NCBI GenBank assembly: GCA_965203295.1
Contig: CBDBCZ010000015.1
Coordinates: forward strand, 864,001-928,000
Direction of reading: 5' to 3'
Length of the DNA: 64,000 bases
Source of the DNA: Nitrospirales bacterium
GTDB lineage: Bacteria > Nitrospirota > Nitrospiria > Nitrospirales > UBA8639
In this document: positions 24,001-39,000 of the stretch, in pieces
How positions within the stretch are numbered: the stretch's first letter is position 1
Layout: each line of letters opens with the position of its first letter
Program-made: the position numbers and the translations under genes
Notes under the pieces: model-generated
The model's database searches: none
The model's input: only the letters and a program-made list of their open reading frames with translations
Told to the model about the DNA's origin: nothing

Positions 24001-27000
24001 CATACATGCTTAGAAAGTAAGGGTTTTCACTAATAATTGGTACAATTTTAGCTTTATTGGTCTCAGGAAACTTTCAGTCAAAACAACTAGCTACCATTGA
24101 TCTGACCCTTCCCAACTGTCTAGGAAAGAAATTGTTTTAAGATTTTATAGCTTTTTTAGTTTGAATGATGTTAGTCGGATACAATGCATGCTTAGGAAGT
24201 ATCGATGTTCAAGACCAGAACTGGTTATTCAAAGGCTTGTTTAGTTTGGTTGATGTTAGTCTGAAGATTAGGAAAGAAGGATTTCATTGAAAATTGTTAG
24301 ATTTGTTGGTCTCTGGCAAAGACTTTAAGCCAAAGTCACTAGCTACCATTGATCTGACTCTTCCCAACTGTTTAAAAAAGAACTGGTTATTCAAAGGCTT
24401 GTTTAGTTTGAATGATGTTAGTCAGATACAATACACGCTTATGAAGTATCGATGTTCAAGAAAGGAACTTGTTATTCAAGGGCTTGTTTAGTTTCGTTGA
24501 TGATAGTCTGAAGATTAGGAAAGAAGGATTTTAATGAAAATTATTAGTTTTGTTGGTCTCTAGCAAAGACTTTAAGCCAAAGTTACTAGCTACCTTTAAT
24601 CTGACCCTTCCCAACTGTTTAGAAAAAGAGCTGGTTATTCAAAAGCTTTTTAAGTTTGAATGATGTTAGTCTGAAGCTTAGAAAAGAAGGATTTTATTGA
24701 AAATTGATAGTTTTGTTGGTCTCTAGCAAAGACTTTAAGCCAAAGTAATTAGCTACCATAGATCTGACCCTTCCCAACGGTTTAGGAAAAGAACCTGTTA
24801 TTCAAAGGCTTGATTAGTTTCAATGATGTTAATCGGATACAATACATGTTTAGGAAGTGTCGATGTTCAAGAAAGGAACTGGTTATTCAAAGGCTTGTTT
24901 AGTTCGGTTGATGTTAGTCTGAAGAATAGGAAAGAAGGATTTTATTGAAAATTGTTAGTTTTGTTGGTCTCAGGCAAAGACTTTCAGCAAAAGTAACTAG
25001 CTACCATTTATCTGACCCTTCCTAACTGTTTAGGAAAAGAACTGGTTATTCAAAGGCTTGTTTAGTTTGAATGATGTTAGTCTGAAGATTAGGAAAGAAG
25101 GATTTTATTGAAAATTGTTAGTTTTGTTGGTCTCAGGCAAAAACTTTCAGCCAAAGTAACTGGCTACCATTGATCTGACCCTTCCCAACTTTTTAGGAAA
25201 AGAACTGGTTATTCAAAGGCTTGATTAGTTTTATTGATGTTAGTCGGATACAATACATGTTTAAAAAGTGTCGATGTTCAAGAAAGGAACTGGTTATTCA
25301 AAGGCTTGTTTAGTTTGGTTGATGTTAGTCTGCAGATTAGGAAAGGAGGATTTTATTGAAAATGGTTAGTTTTGTTGGTCTCAGGCAAAGACTTTCAGCA
25401 AAAGTAACTAGCTACCATTGAACTGACCCTTCCTAACTGTTTAGGAAAAGAACTGGTTATTCAAAGGCTTGTTTAGTTTGAATGATGTTTGTCTGTAGAT
25501 TAGGAAAGAAGGATTTTATTGAAAATTGTTAGTTTGTTTTGTCTCTAGCAAAGACTTTAAGCCAAAGTAACTAGCTACCATTTATCTGACCCTTCCCAAC
25601 TGTTTAGAAAAAGAACTGGTTATTTAAAGGCCTGTTTAGTTTTTTTGATGTTAGCCTGAAGATTACGAAAGAAGGATTTTATTGAAAATTTTTAAATTTG
25701 TTGGTCTCTTGCAATGACTTTAATTAAGCCAAAGTTACTAGCTACCATTGATCATATCTTTCCGAACTATTTAGAAAAAGTGCAGGTTATTCAAAGGCTT
25801 GTTTTGTTAGAATGATATTAGTCAGATACAATACATACTTAAGAAGTATCAATGTTCAAGAAAGAAACTGGTTATTCAAAGGCTTGTTTAATTTGGTTGA
25901 TGTTATTCTGAAGATTAAGAAAGAAGGATTTTATTGAAAATTGTTAGTTTTGTTGGTCTCTAGCAAAGACTTTAAGCCAAAGAAACTTGCTACCATTTAT
26001 CTGACCCTTCCCAACTGTTTAGAAAAAGAGCTGGTTATTCAAAGGCCTGTTTAGTTTTGTTGATGTTAGCCTGAAGATTAGGAAAGAAGGATTTTATTGA
26101 AAATTGTTAGTTTTGTTAGTCTCAGGCAAAGACTTTCAGCCAAAGTAACTTGCTACCATTGATCTGACCCTTCCCAACTGTTTAGGAAAAGAACTGGTTA
26201 TTCAAAGGCTTGTTTAGTTTAGTCAGATACAATACACGCTTAGGAAGTATCGATGTTCAAGAAAGGAACTGTTTATTCAAAGGCTTGTTTTGTTTGTTTG
26301 ACGTTAGTCTGAAGATTAGGAAAGAAGGATTTTATTGAAAATCGTTAGTTTTGTTGGTCTCTAGAAAAGACTTTGAACCAAAGTAACTAGCTATTATTGA
26401 TCTGACCCTTCCCAACTGTTTAGGAAAAGAACTGGTTATTCAAAGGCTTGATTAGTTTTAATGATGTTAGTCGGATACAATACATGTTTAGAAAGTATCG
26501 ATGTTCAAGAAAGGAACTGGTTATTCAAAGGCTTGTTTAGTTTTGTTGATGTTAGTGTGAAGATTAGGAAAGAAGGATTTTATTGAAAATCGTTAGTTTT
26601 GTTGGTCTCTAGCAAAGACTATGAGCCAAAGTAACTAGCTACCATTGATCTGACCCTTCCCAACTGTTTAGGAAAAGAACTGGTTATTCAAAGGCTTGAT
26701 TAGTTTTAATGATGTTAGTCGGATACAAAACACGTTTAGGAAGTATCGATGTTCAAGAAAGGAACTGGTTATTCAAAGGCTTGTTTAGTTTGGTTGATGT
26801 TAGTCTGAAGATTAGGAAAGAAGGATTTTATTGAAAATTGTTAGTTTTATTGGTCTCTAGCAATGACTTTAAGCCGAAGTAACTTGCTACCATTGATCAG
26901 ACCCTTCCCAACTGTTTAGAAAAAGAACTGGTTATTCAAAGGCCTGTTTAGTTTTGTTGATTTTAGCCTGAAGATTAGGAAAGAAGGATTTTATTTAAAA

Positions 27001-30000
27001 TTGTTAGTTTTGTTGGTCTCTTGCAATGACTTTAAGCCAAAGTTACTAGCTACCATTGATCTGACCTTTCCGAACTATTTAGTAAAAGTGCTGGTTATTC
27101 AAAGGCTTGTTTGTTTGAATGATATTAGTCAGATACAATACATGCTTAGGAAGTATCAATGTTCAAGAAAGGAAGTGGTTATTCAAAGGCTTGTTTAGTT
27201 TGGTTGATGTTTGTCTGAAGATTAGTAAAGAAGAATTTTATAGAAAATTGTTAGTTTTGTTGGTCTCTAGCAAAGACTTTAAGCCAAAGTAACTTGCTAC
27301 CATTTATCTGACCCTTCCCAACTGTTTAGAAAAAGAGCTGGTTATTCAAAGGCCTGTTTAGTTTGGTTGATGTTAGTCTGAAGATTAGGAAAGAAAGATT
27401 TTATTGAAAATCGTTAGTTTTGTTGGTCTCTAGCAAAGACTTTGAGCCAAAGTAACTAGCTACCATTGATCTGACCCTTCCCAACTGTTTAGAAAAAGAA
27501 CTGGTTATTCAAAGGCTTGTTTAGTTTGAATGATGTTAGTCAAATACAATACATGCTAAGGAAGTATCGAAGTTCAAGAAAGGAACTGGTTATTCAAAAG
27601 CTTGTTTAGTTTGGTTGATGTTAGTCTGAAGATTAGGAAAGAAGGATTTTATTCAAAAATTGTTAATTTTGTTAGTCTCTGGCAAAGACTTTAAGCCAAG
27701 GTAACTTGTTACCATTTGTCTGACCCTTCCCAACTGTCTTGGAAAGGAACTGGTTTAAGATTCAATCATTTGTTAAGTTTAAATGATGTTTGTCAGATAC
27801 AATACATATATGCTTTGAAAGTAAAGGTTTTCACTAATAATTGGTACAATTTTAGCTTTATTGGTCTCAGGAAACTTTCAGTCAAAACAACTAGCTACCA
27901 TTGATCTGACCCTTCCTAACTGTCTACGTAGAGAACTGGTTTAAGATTCAATAGCTTGTTTAGTTTGAATGAAGTTAGTCAGATACAATACATACTTAAA
28001 AAGTAAGGGTTTTGACTGAAAATTAACAGTTTAATTGGTCTCAGTCAAAGACTTTCAGCCAAACTAAGTAGCTACCATTGATCTGACCCTTCCCAAGTGT
28101 CTAGGAAAGAAATTGGTGTAAGATTTAATAGGTTGTTTAGTTTGAATGATGTTAGTCGGATACAATACATGTTTAGGAAGTATCGATGTTCAAGAAAGGA
28201 ACTGGTTATTCAAAGGCTTGTTTAGTTTAGTTGATGTTAGTCTGAAGATTAGGAAAGGAGGATTTTATTGAAAATTGTTAGTTTTGTTGGTCTCAGGTAA
28301 AGACTTTCAGCCAAAGTATCTAGCTACCATTGATCTGACCCCTCCCAACTGTCTTGGAAAGGAACTGGTTTATGATTCAATCATTTGTTTAGTTTAAATG
28401 ATGTTTGTCGGATACAATACATACATGCTTAGAAAGTAAGGGTTTTCACTAATAATTGGTACAATTTTAGCTTTATTGGTCTCAGGAAACTTTCAGTCAA
28501 AACAACTAGCTACCATTGATCTGACCCTTCCCAACTGTCTAGGAAAGAAATTGTTTTAAGATTTTATAGCTTATTTAGTTTGAATGATGTTAGTCGGATA
28601 CAATACATGCTTAGGAAGTATCGATGTTCAAGACCGGAACTGGTTATTCAAAGGCTTGTTTAGTTTTGTTGATGTTAATCTGAAGATTTGGAAAGAAGGA
28701 TTTCATTGAAAATTGTTAGATTTGTTGGTCTCTGGCAAAGACTTTAAGCCAAAGTCACTAGCTACCATTCATCTGACCCTTCCCAACTGTTTAGAAAAAG
28801 AACTGGTTATTCAAAGGCTTGTTTAGTTTGAATGATGTTAGTCAGATACAATACACGCTTAGGAAGTATCGATGTTCAAGAAAGGAACTTGTTATTCAAG
28901 GGCTTGTTTAGTTTCGTTGATGTTCGTCAGAAGATTAGGAAAGAAGGATTTTAATGAAAATTATTAGTTTTGTTGGTCTCTAGCAAAGACTTTAAACCAA
29001 AGTTACTAGCTACCTTTAATCTGACCCTTCCCAACTATTTAGAAAAAGAGCTGGTTATTCAAAAGCTTGTTTTAGTTTGAATGATGTTAGTCTGAAGATT
29101 AGAAAAGAAGGATTTTATTGAAAATTGATAGTTTTGTTGGTCTCTAGCAAATACTTTAAGCCAATGTAACTAGCTACCATTTATCTGACCCTTCCGAACT
29201 GTTTAGAAAAAGAACTGGTTATTCAAAGGCTTGTTTAGTTTTGTTGATGTTAGTCAAATACAATACATGCCTAGGAAGTATCGATGTTCAAGAAAGGAAT
29301 TTGTTATTCAAAGGCTTGTTTAGTTTGGTTGATGTTTGTCTGAAGATTATGAAAGAAGGATTTATTGAAAATTTTTAGTTTTGTTGGTCTAAGGCAAAGA
29401 CTTTCAGCCAAAGTAACTAGCTACCATTGATCTGACCCTTCCCAACTGTTTAGGAAACAAACTGGTTATTCAAAAGGCTAGTTTAGTTTGAATGATGTTA
29501 TTCAAATGCAATACATCCTTAGGAAGTATCGATGTTCAAGAAAAAAACTGGTTATTCAAAGGCTTGTTTAGTTTGGTTGATGTTAGTCTGAAGATTAGGA
29601 AAGAAGTATTTTATTGAAAATTGTTAGTTTTGTTGGTCTCTAGCAAAGACTTTAAGCCAAAGTCACTAGCTACCATTGATCTGACCCTTCCCAACTGTTT
29701 AGAAAAAGAGCTGGTTATTCAAAGGCTTGTTTTGTTTGAATGATATTAGTGAGATAAAATACATGCTTAGGAAGTATCAATGTTCAAGTAAGGAACTGGT
29801 TATTCAAAGGCTTGTTTAGTTTGCTTGATGTTCGTCTGCAGATTAAGAAAGAAGTATTTTATAGAAAATCGTTAGTTTTGTTGGTCTCTAGCAAAGACAT
29901 TGAGTCAAAGTAACTAGCTACAATTGATCTGACCCTTCCCTACTGTTTAGGAAAAGAACTGGTTATTCAAAGGCTTGATTAGTTTTAATGATGTTAGTCG

Positions 30001-33000
30001 GATACAATACATGTTTAGGAAGTGTCGATGTTCAAGAAAGGAACTGGTTATTCAAAGGCTTGTTTAGTTTGGTTGATGTTAGTCTGAAGATTAGGAAAAA
30101 AGGATTTTATTGAAAATTGTTAGTTTTGTTGGTCTCTAGCAAAGACTTTAAGCTAAAGTAACTAGCTACCATTTATCTGACCCTTCCCAACTATTTAGAA
30201 AAAGAACTGGTTATTCAAAGGCTTGTTTAGTTTGAATGATGTTAGTCTGAAGATTAGGAAAGAAGGATTTTATTGAAAATTGTTAGTTTTGTTGGTCTCT
30301 AACAAAAACTTTAAGCCAAAGTAACTAGCTACCATTTTTCTGACCCTTCCTAACTGTTTAGAAATAAACTGGTTATTCAAAGGCCTGTTTAGTTTTGTTG
30401 ATGTTAGCCTGAAGATTAAGAAAGAAGGATTTTATTGAAAATTGTTAGTTTTGTTGGTCTCAGGCAAAGACTTTCAGCAAAAGTAACGAAGGATTTTATT
30501 GAAAATTGTTAGTTTTGTTGGTCTCAGGCAAAGACTTTCAGCAAAAGTAACTGGCTACCATTGATCTGACTCTTCCCAACTGTTTAGGAAAACAAATGGT
30601 TATTCAAAGGCTTGTTTTGTTTTAATGATGTTAGTCGGATACAATACATGTTTAGGAAGAGTCGATGTTCAAGAAAGGAACTTGTTATTCAAAGGCTTGT
30701 TTAGTTTGGTTGATGTTAGTCTGAAGATTTGGAAAGAAGGATTTTATTGAAAATTGTTAGTTTTGTTGGTCTCAGGCAAAGACTTTCAGCAAAAGTAACT
30801 AGCTACCATTGATCTTACCCTTTCTAACTGTTTAGGAAAAGAACTGGTTATTCAAAGGCTTGTTTAGTTTGAATGATGTTAGTCTGAAGATTAGGAATGA
30901 AGGATTTTATTGAAAATTGTTAGTTTTGTTGGTCTCAGGCAAAGACTTTCAGCCAAAGTAACTGGCTACCATTGATCTGACCCTTCCCCACTGTTTAGGA
31001 AAAGAACTGGTTATTCAAAGGCTTGATTAGTTTTAATGATGTTAGTCGGATACAATACATGTTTAGAAAGTGTCGATGTTCAAGAAAGGAACAGGTTATT
31101 GAAAGGCTTGTTTAGTTTGGTTGATGTTAGTCTGAAGATTAGGAAAGAAGGATTTTATTGAAAAGTGTTAGTTTTGTTGGTCTCAGGCAAAGACTTTCAG
31201 CAAAAGTAACTAGCTACCATTGATCTGACCCTTCCTAACTGTTTAGGAAAAGAACTGGTTATTCAAAGGCTTGTTTAGTTTGAATGAAGTTAGTCTGAAG
31301 ATTAGGAAAGACGGATTTTATTGAAAATTGTTAGTTTTGTTGGTCTCTAGCAAAAACTTTAAGCCAAAGTAACTAGCTACTATTTATCTGACCCTTCCCA
31401 ACTGTTTAGAAAAAGAACTGGTTATTCAAAGCCTGTTTAGTTTTGTTTATATTAGCTTGAAGATTAGGAAAGAAGGATTTTATTGAAAATTGTTAGTTTT
31501 GTTGGTCTCTTGCAATGACTTTAATTAAGCCAAAGTTACTAACTACCATTGATCTGACCTTTCCGAACTCTTTAGAAAATGTGCTGGTTATTCAAAGGCT
31601 TGTTTAGTTTGAATGATATTAGTCAGATACAATACATGCTTAGGAAGTATCAATGTTCAAGAAAGGAACTGATTATTCAAAAGCTTGTTTAGTTTGGTTG
31701 ATGTTAGTCTGAAGATTAGGAAAGAATGATTTTATTGAAAATTATTATTTTTGTTGGTCTCATGCAAAGACTTTCAGCCAAAGTAACTGGCTACCATTGA
31801 TCTGACCCTTCCCAACTGTTTTGGAAAAGAACTGGTTATTCAAAGACCTGTTTTGTTTGAATGATGTTAGTCGGATACAATACATGCTTAGGAAGTATCG
31901 ATGTTCCAGACCGGAACTGGTTATTCAAAGGCTTGTTTAGTTTGGTTGATGTTAGTCTGAAGATTAGGAAAGAAGGATTTCATTAATAATTGTTAGATTT
32001 GTTTGTCTCTGGCAAAGACTTTGAGCCAAAGTCACTAGCTACCATTGATCTGACCCTTCCCAACTGTTTAGAAAAAGAACTGGTTATTCAAAGGCTTGTT
32101 TAGTTTGAATGATGTTAGTCAGATACAATACACGCTTAGGAAGTATCGATGTTCAAGAAAGGAACTTGTTATTCAATGGCTTTTTTAGTTTCGTTGATGT
32201 TAGTCTGAAGATTAGGAAAGAAGGATTTTAATGAAAATTATTAGTTTTGTTGGTCTCTAGCAATGACTTTAAGCCAAAGTTACTAGCTACCTTTAATCTG
32301 ACCCTTCCCAACTGTTTAGAAAAAGAGTTGGTTATTCAAAAGCTTGTTTAGTTTGAATGATGTTAGTCTGAAGCTTAGAAAAGAAGGATTTTATTGAAAA
32401 TTGATAGTTTTGTTGGTCTCTATCAAAGTTTGATTGATGTTAGTCGGATACAATACATGCTTAGGAAGTATCGATGTTCAAGACCGAAGTAACTAGCTAC
32501 CATTGATTGGGAAAGAAGGATTTTATATAAAATTGTTACTTTTGTTGGTCTCTAGCAAAGACTTCAAGCCAAAGTAACTAGCTACCATTGATCTGACCCT
32601 TCTCAACTGTTTAGGAAAAGAACTTGTTATTCCAAGGCTTGTTTAGTTTGAATGATGTTAGTGAAATACAATACATCCTTAGGAAGTATCGATGTTCAAG
32701 AAACGAACTGGTTATTCAAAGGCTTGTTTAGTTTAGTTGATGTTAGTCTGAAGATTAGGAACAGAGGATTTTTATTGAAAATTGTTAGTTTGTTGGTCTC
32801 AGGTAAAGACTTTCAGCCAAAGTATCTAGCTACCATTGATCTGACCCCTCCCAACTGTCTTGGAAAGGAACTGGTTTATGATTCAATCATTTGTTTAGTT
32901 TAAATGATGTTTGTCAGATACAATACATACATGCTTAGAAAGTAAGGGTTTTCACTAATAATTGGTACTATTTTAGCTTTATTGGTCTCAGGATACTTTC

Positions 33001-36000
33001 AGTCAAAACAACTAGCTACCATTGATCTGACCCTTCCCAACTGTCTAGGAAAATAATTGGTTTAAGATTTAATAGCTTGTTTAGTTTGATTGATGTTAGT
33101 CGGATACAATACATGCTTAGGAAGTATCGATGTTCAAGACCGAAGTAACTAGCTACCATTGATTGGGAAAGAAGGATTTTATATAAAATTGTTACTTTTG
33201 TTGGTCTCTAGCAAAGACTTCAAGCCAAAGTAACTAGCTACCATTGATCTGACCCTTCTCAACTGTTTAGGAAAAGAACTTGTTATTCCAAGGCTTGTTT
33301 AGTTTGAATGATGTTAGTGAAATACAATACATCCTTAGGAAGTATCGATGTTCAAGAAACGAACTGGTTATTCAAAGGCTTGTTTAGTTTAGTTGATGTT
33401 AGTCTGAAGATTAGGAACAGAGGATTTTTATTGAAAATTGTTAGTTTGTTGGTCTCAGGTAAAGACTTTCAGCCAAAGTATCTAGCTACCATTGATCTGA
33501 CCCCTCCCAACTGTCTTGGAAAGGAACTGGTTTATGATTCAATCATTTGTTTAGTTTAAATGATGTTTGTCAGATACAATACATACATGCTTAGAAAGTA
33601 AGGGTTTTCACTAATAATTGGTACTATTTTAGCTTTATTGGTCTCAGGATACTTTCAGTCAAAACAACTAGCTACCATTGATCTGACCCTTCCCAACTGT
33701 CTAGGAAAATAATTGGTTTAAGATTTAATAGCTTGTTTAGTTTGATTGATGTTAGTCGGATACAATACATGCTTAGGAAGTATCGATGTTCAAGACCGGA
33801 ACTGGTTATTCAAAGGCTTGTTTAGTTTGGTTGATGTTAGTCTGAAGATTAGGAAAGAAGGATTTCATTGAAAATTGTTAGATTTTTTTTTCTCTGGCAA
33901 AGACTTTAAGGCAAAGTCAGTAGCAACCATTGATCTGACCCTTCCCAACTGTTTAGAAAAAGAACTGGTTATTCAAAGGCTTGTTTAGTTTGAATGATGT
34001 TAGTCAGATACAATACACGCTTTGGAAGTATCGATGTTCAAGAAAGGAACTTGTTATTCAAGGGCTTGTTTAGTTTCGTTGATGATAGTCTGAAGATTAG
34101 GAAAGAAGGATTTTAATGAATATTATTAGTTTTGTTGGTCTCTAGCAAAGACTTTAAGCCAAAGTTACTAGCTACCTTTGATCTGACCCTTCCCAACTGT
34201 TTAGAAAAAGTGCTGGTTATTCAAAAGCTTGTTTAGTTTTAATGATGTTAGTCTGAAGATTAGGAAAGAAGGATTTCATTGAAAATTGTTTGTTTTGTTG
34301 GTCTCTAGCAAAGACTTTAAGCCAAAGTAACTAGCTACCATTTATCTGACCCTTCCCAACTGTTTAGAAAAAGAACTGGTTATTCAAAGGCCTGTTTAGT
34401 TTGAATGATGTTAGTCAGATACAATACACGCTTAGGAAGTATCAATGTTCAAGAAAGGAACTGGTTATTCAAAGGCATGTTTAGTTTGGTTGATGTTTGT
34501 CTGCAGATTAGGAAAGAAGTATTTTATAGAAAATCGTTTGTTTTGTTGGTCTCTAGCAAAGACTTTGAGCCAAAGTAACTAGCTACCATTGATCTGACTC
34601 TTCCCAACTGTTTAGGAAAAGAACCTGTTATTCAAAGGCTTGATTAGTTTTAATGATGTTAGTCGGATACAATACATGTTTAGGAAGTGTCGATGTTCAA
34701 GAAAGGAACTGGTTATTCAAAGGCTTGTTTAGTTCGGTTGATGTTAGTCTGAAGATTAGGAAAGAAGAATTTTATCGAAAATTGTTAGTTTTGTTGGTCT
34801 CAGGCAAAGACTTTCAGCAAAAGTAACTAACTACCATTGATCTGACCCTTCCTAACTGTTTAGGAAAAGAACTGGTTATTCAAAGGCTTGTTTAATTTGG
34901 TTGATGTTAGTCTGAAGATTAGGAAAGAAGTATTTTATTGAAAATTGTTAGTTTTGTTGGTCTCAGGCAAAGACTTTCAGCAAAAGTAACTAGCTACCAT
35001 TTATCTGACCCTTTCTAACTGTTTAGGAAAAGAACTGGTTATTCAAGGGCTTGTTTAGTTAGAATGATGTTAGTCTGAAGATTAGGAAAGAAGGATTTTA
35101 TTGAAAATTGTTAGTTTTGTTGGTCTCTAGCAAAGACTTTAAGCCAAAGTAACTAGCTACCATTCATCTGACCCTTCCCAACTGTTTAGAAAAAGAACTG
35201 GTTATTCAAAGGCCTGTTTAGTTTTGTTGATGTTAGCCTGTAGATTAGGAAAGAAAGATTTTATTGAAAATTGTTAGTTTTTTTGGTCTCTTGCAATGAC
35301 TTTAATTAAGCCAAAGTTACTAGCTACCATTGATCTGACCTTTCCGAACTATTTAGAAAAAGTGGTGGTTATTCAAAGGCTTGTTTTGTTTGAATGATAT
35401 TAGTCAGATACAATACATGCTTAGGAAGTATCAATGTTCAAGAAAGGAACTGGTTATTCAAAGGCTTGTTTAGTTTGGTTGATGTTAGTCTGAAGATTAG
35501 GAAAGGAGGATTTTATTGAAAATTGTTAGTTTTGTTGGTCTCTAGCAAAGACTTTAAGCCAAAGTAACTTGCTACCATTTATCTGACCCTTCCCAACTGT
35601 TTAGAAAAAGAGCTGGTTATTCAAAGGCTTGTTTTGTTTGAATGATATTAGTCAGATACAATACATGCTTAGGAAGTATCAATATTCAAGAAAGAAACTG
35701 GTTAATCAAAGGCTTGTTTAGTTTGGTTGATTTTAGTCTGAAGATTAGGAAAGAAGGATTTTATTTAAAATTGTTAGTTTTGTTGGCCTCAGGCAAAGAC
35801 TTTCAGCCAAAGTAACTGGCTACCATTGATCTGACCCTTCCCAACTGTTTAGGAAAACAACTGGTTATTCAAAGGCTTGTTTAGTTTGAATGATGTTAGT
35901 CAGATACAATACATGCTTAGGAAGTATCGATGTTCAAGAAAGGAACTGGTTATTCAAAGGCTTGTTTAGTTTGCTTGATGTTAGTCTGCAGATTAGGAAA

Positions 36001-39000
36001 GAAGTATTTTATAGAAAATCGTTAGTTTTGTTGGTCTCTAGCAAAGACTTTGAGCCAAAGTAACTAGCTACCATTGATCTGACCCTTCCCAACTGTTTAG
36101 GAAAACAACTGGTTATTCAAAGGCTTGTTTAGTTTGAATGATGTTAGTCAGATACAATACATGCTTAGGAAGTATCGATGTTCAAGAAAGGAACTGGTTA
36201 TTCAAAGGCTTGTTTAGTTTGCTTGATGTTAGTCTGCAGATTAGGAAAGAAGTATTTTATAGAAAATCGTTAGTTTTGTTGGTCTCTAGCAAAGACTTTG
36301 AGCCAAAGTAACTAGCTACCATTGATCTCACCCTTCCCAACTGTTTAGGAAAAGAACCTGTTATTCAAAAGCTTGATTAGTTTTAATAATGTTAGTCGGA
36401 TACAATACATGTTTAGGAAGTGTCGATGTTCAAGAAAGGAACTGGTTATTCAAAGGCTTGTTTAGTTTGGTTGAAGTTAGTAGGAAGATTAGGAAAGAAG
36501 AATTTTATCGAAAATTGTTTTTTTTGTTGGTCTCAGGCAAAGACTTTCAGCAAAAGTAACTAGCTACCATTGATCTGACCCTTCCTAACTGTTTAGGAAA
36601 AGAACTGGTTATTCAAAGGCTTGTTTAGTTTGAATGATGTTAGTCTGAAGATTAGGAAAGAAGGATTTTATTGAAAATTGTTAGTTTTTTTGGTCTCAGG
36701 CAAAGACTTTAAGCCAAAGTAACTTGCTACCATTTATCTGACCCTTCCCAACTGTTTAGAAAAAGAGCTGGTTATTCAAAGGCTTGTTTTGTTAGAATGA
36801 TATTAGTCAGATACAATACATGCTTAGGAAGAATCAATATTCAAGAAAGGAACTGGTTATTCAAAGGCTTGTTTAATTCGGTTGATGTTAGTCTGAAGAT
36901 TAGGAAATGAGGATTTTATTGAAAATTGCTAGTTTTGTTGGTCTCTAGCAAAGACTTTAAGCCAAAGTTACTAGCTACCATTGATCTGACCCTTCCTAAC
37001 TGTTTAAGAAAAGAACTGGTTATTCAAAGGCTTGTTTAGTTTGAATGATGTTAGTCTGAAGATTAGGAAAGAAGGATTTTATTGAAAATTGTTAGTTTTG
37101 TTGGTCTCTTGCAAAGACTTTAAGCCAAAGTAACTTGCTACCATTTATGTTACCCTTCCCAACTGTTTAGAAAAAGAGCTGGTTATTCAAAGGCTTGTTT
37201 TGTTTGAATGATATTAGTCAGATACAATACATGCTTAGGAAGTATCAATATTCAAGAAAGGAACTGGTTATTCAAAGGCTTGTTTAGTTTGGTTGATGTT
37301 AGTCTGAAGATTAGGAAAGGAGGATTTTACTGAAAATTGCTTGTTTTGTAGGTCTCTAGCAAAGACTTTAAGCCAAAGTAACTTGCTACCATTTATCTGA
37401 CCCTTCCCAACTGTTTAGAAAAAGAGCTGGTTATTCAAAAGCTTGTTTTGTTTGAATGATATTAGTCAGATACAATACATGCTTAGGAAGTATCGATGTT
37501 CAAGAAAGGAACTGGTTATTCAAAGGCTTGTTTAGTTTTCTTGATGTTAGTCTGCAGATTAGGAAAGAAGTATTTTATAGAAAATCGTTAGTTTTGTTGG
37601 TCTCTAGCAAAGACTTTGAGCCAAAGTAACTAGCTACCATTGATCTGACCCTTCCCAACTGTTTAGGAAAAGAACCTGTTATTCAAAGGCTTGATTAGTT
37701 TTAATGATGTTAGTCGGATACAATACATGTTTAGGAAGTGTCGATGTTCAAGAAAGGAACTGGTTATTCAAAGGCTTGTTTAGTTTGGTTGATGTTAGTC
37801 TGAAGATTAGGAAAGAAAAATTTTATTGAAAATTGTTAGTTTGGTTGGTCTCAGGCAAAGACTTTTAGCAAAAATAACTAGCTACCATTGATCTGACCCT
37901 TCCTAACTGTTTAGGAAAAGAACTGGTTATTCAAAGGCTTGTTTAGTTTGAATGATGTTAGTCTGAAAATTAGGAAAGAAGGATTTTATTGAAAATTGTT
38001 AGTTTTGTTGGTCTCAGGCAAAGACTTTCAGCCAAAGTAACTGGCTACCATTGATCTGACCCTTCCCAACGTTTTAGGAAAAGAACTGGTTATTCAAAGG
38101 CTTGATTAGTTTTAATGATGTTAGTCGGATACAATACATGTTTAGGAAGTGTCGATGTTCAAGAAAGGAACTGGTTATTGAAAGGCTTGTTTAGTTTGGT
38201 TGATGTTAGTCTGAACATTAGGAAAGAAGGATTTTATTGAAAATTGATATTAGTCAGATACAATACATGCTTAGGAAGTATCAATGTTCAAGAAAGGAAC
38301 TGGTTATTCAAAGGCTTGTTTAGTTTGGTTGATGTTAGTCTGTAGATTAGGAAAGAAGGATTTTATTTAAAATTGTTAGTTTTGTTGGTCTCTAGCAAAG
38401 ACTTTAAGCCAAAGTAACTTGCTACCATTTATCTGACCCTTCCCAACTGTTTAGAATAAGAGCTGGTTATTCAAAGGCCTGTTTAGTTTTGTTGATGTTA
38501 GCCTTAAGATTTGGAATGTAGGATTTTATTGCAAATTCTTAGTTTTGTTTGTCTCAGGCAAAGACTTTCAGCCAAAGTAACTGGCTACCATTTATCTGTC
38601 CCTTCCCAAATGTTTTGGAAAAGTACTGGTTATTCAAAGGCTTGTTTAGTTTGGTCAGATACAATACACGCTTAGGAAGTATCGATGTTCAAGAAAGGAA
38701 CTGATTATTCAAAGTCTTGTTTAGTTTGGTTGATGTTAGTCTGAAGATTAAGAAAGAAGGATTTTATTGAAAATTGTTAGTTTTGTTGGTCTCTTGCAAT
38801 GACTTTAATTAAGCCAAAGTTACTAGCTACCATTGATCTGACCTTTCCGAACTATTTAGAAAAAGTGCTGGTTATTCAAAGGCTTGTTTTGTTTGAATGA
38901 TATTAGTCAGACACAATACATGCTTAGGAAGTATCAATGTTCAAGAAAGGAACTGGTTATTCAAAGGCTTGTTTAGTTTTGTTGATGTTAGTCTGAAGAT

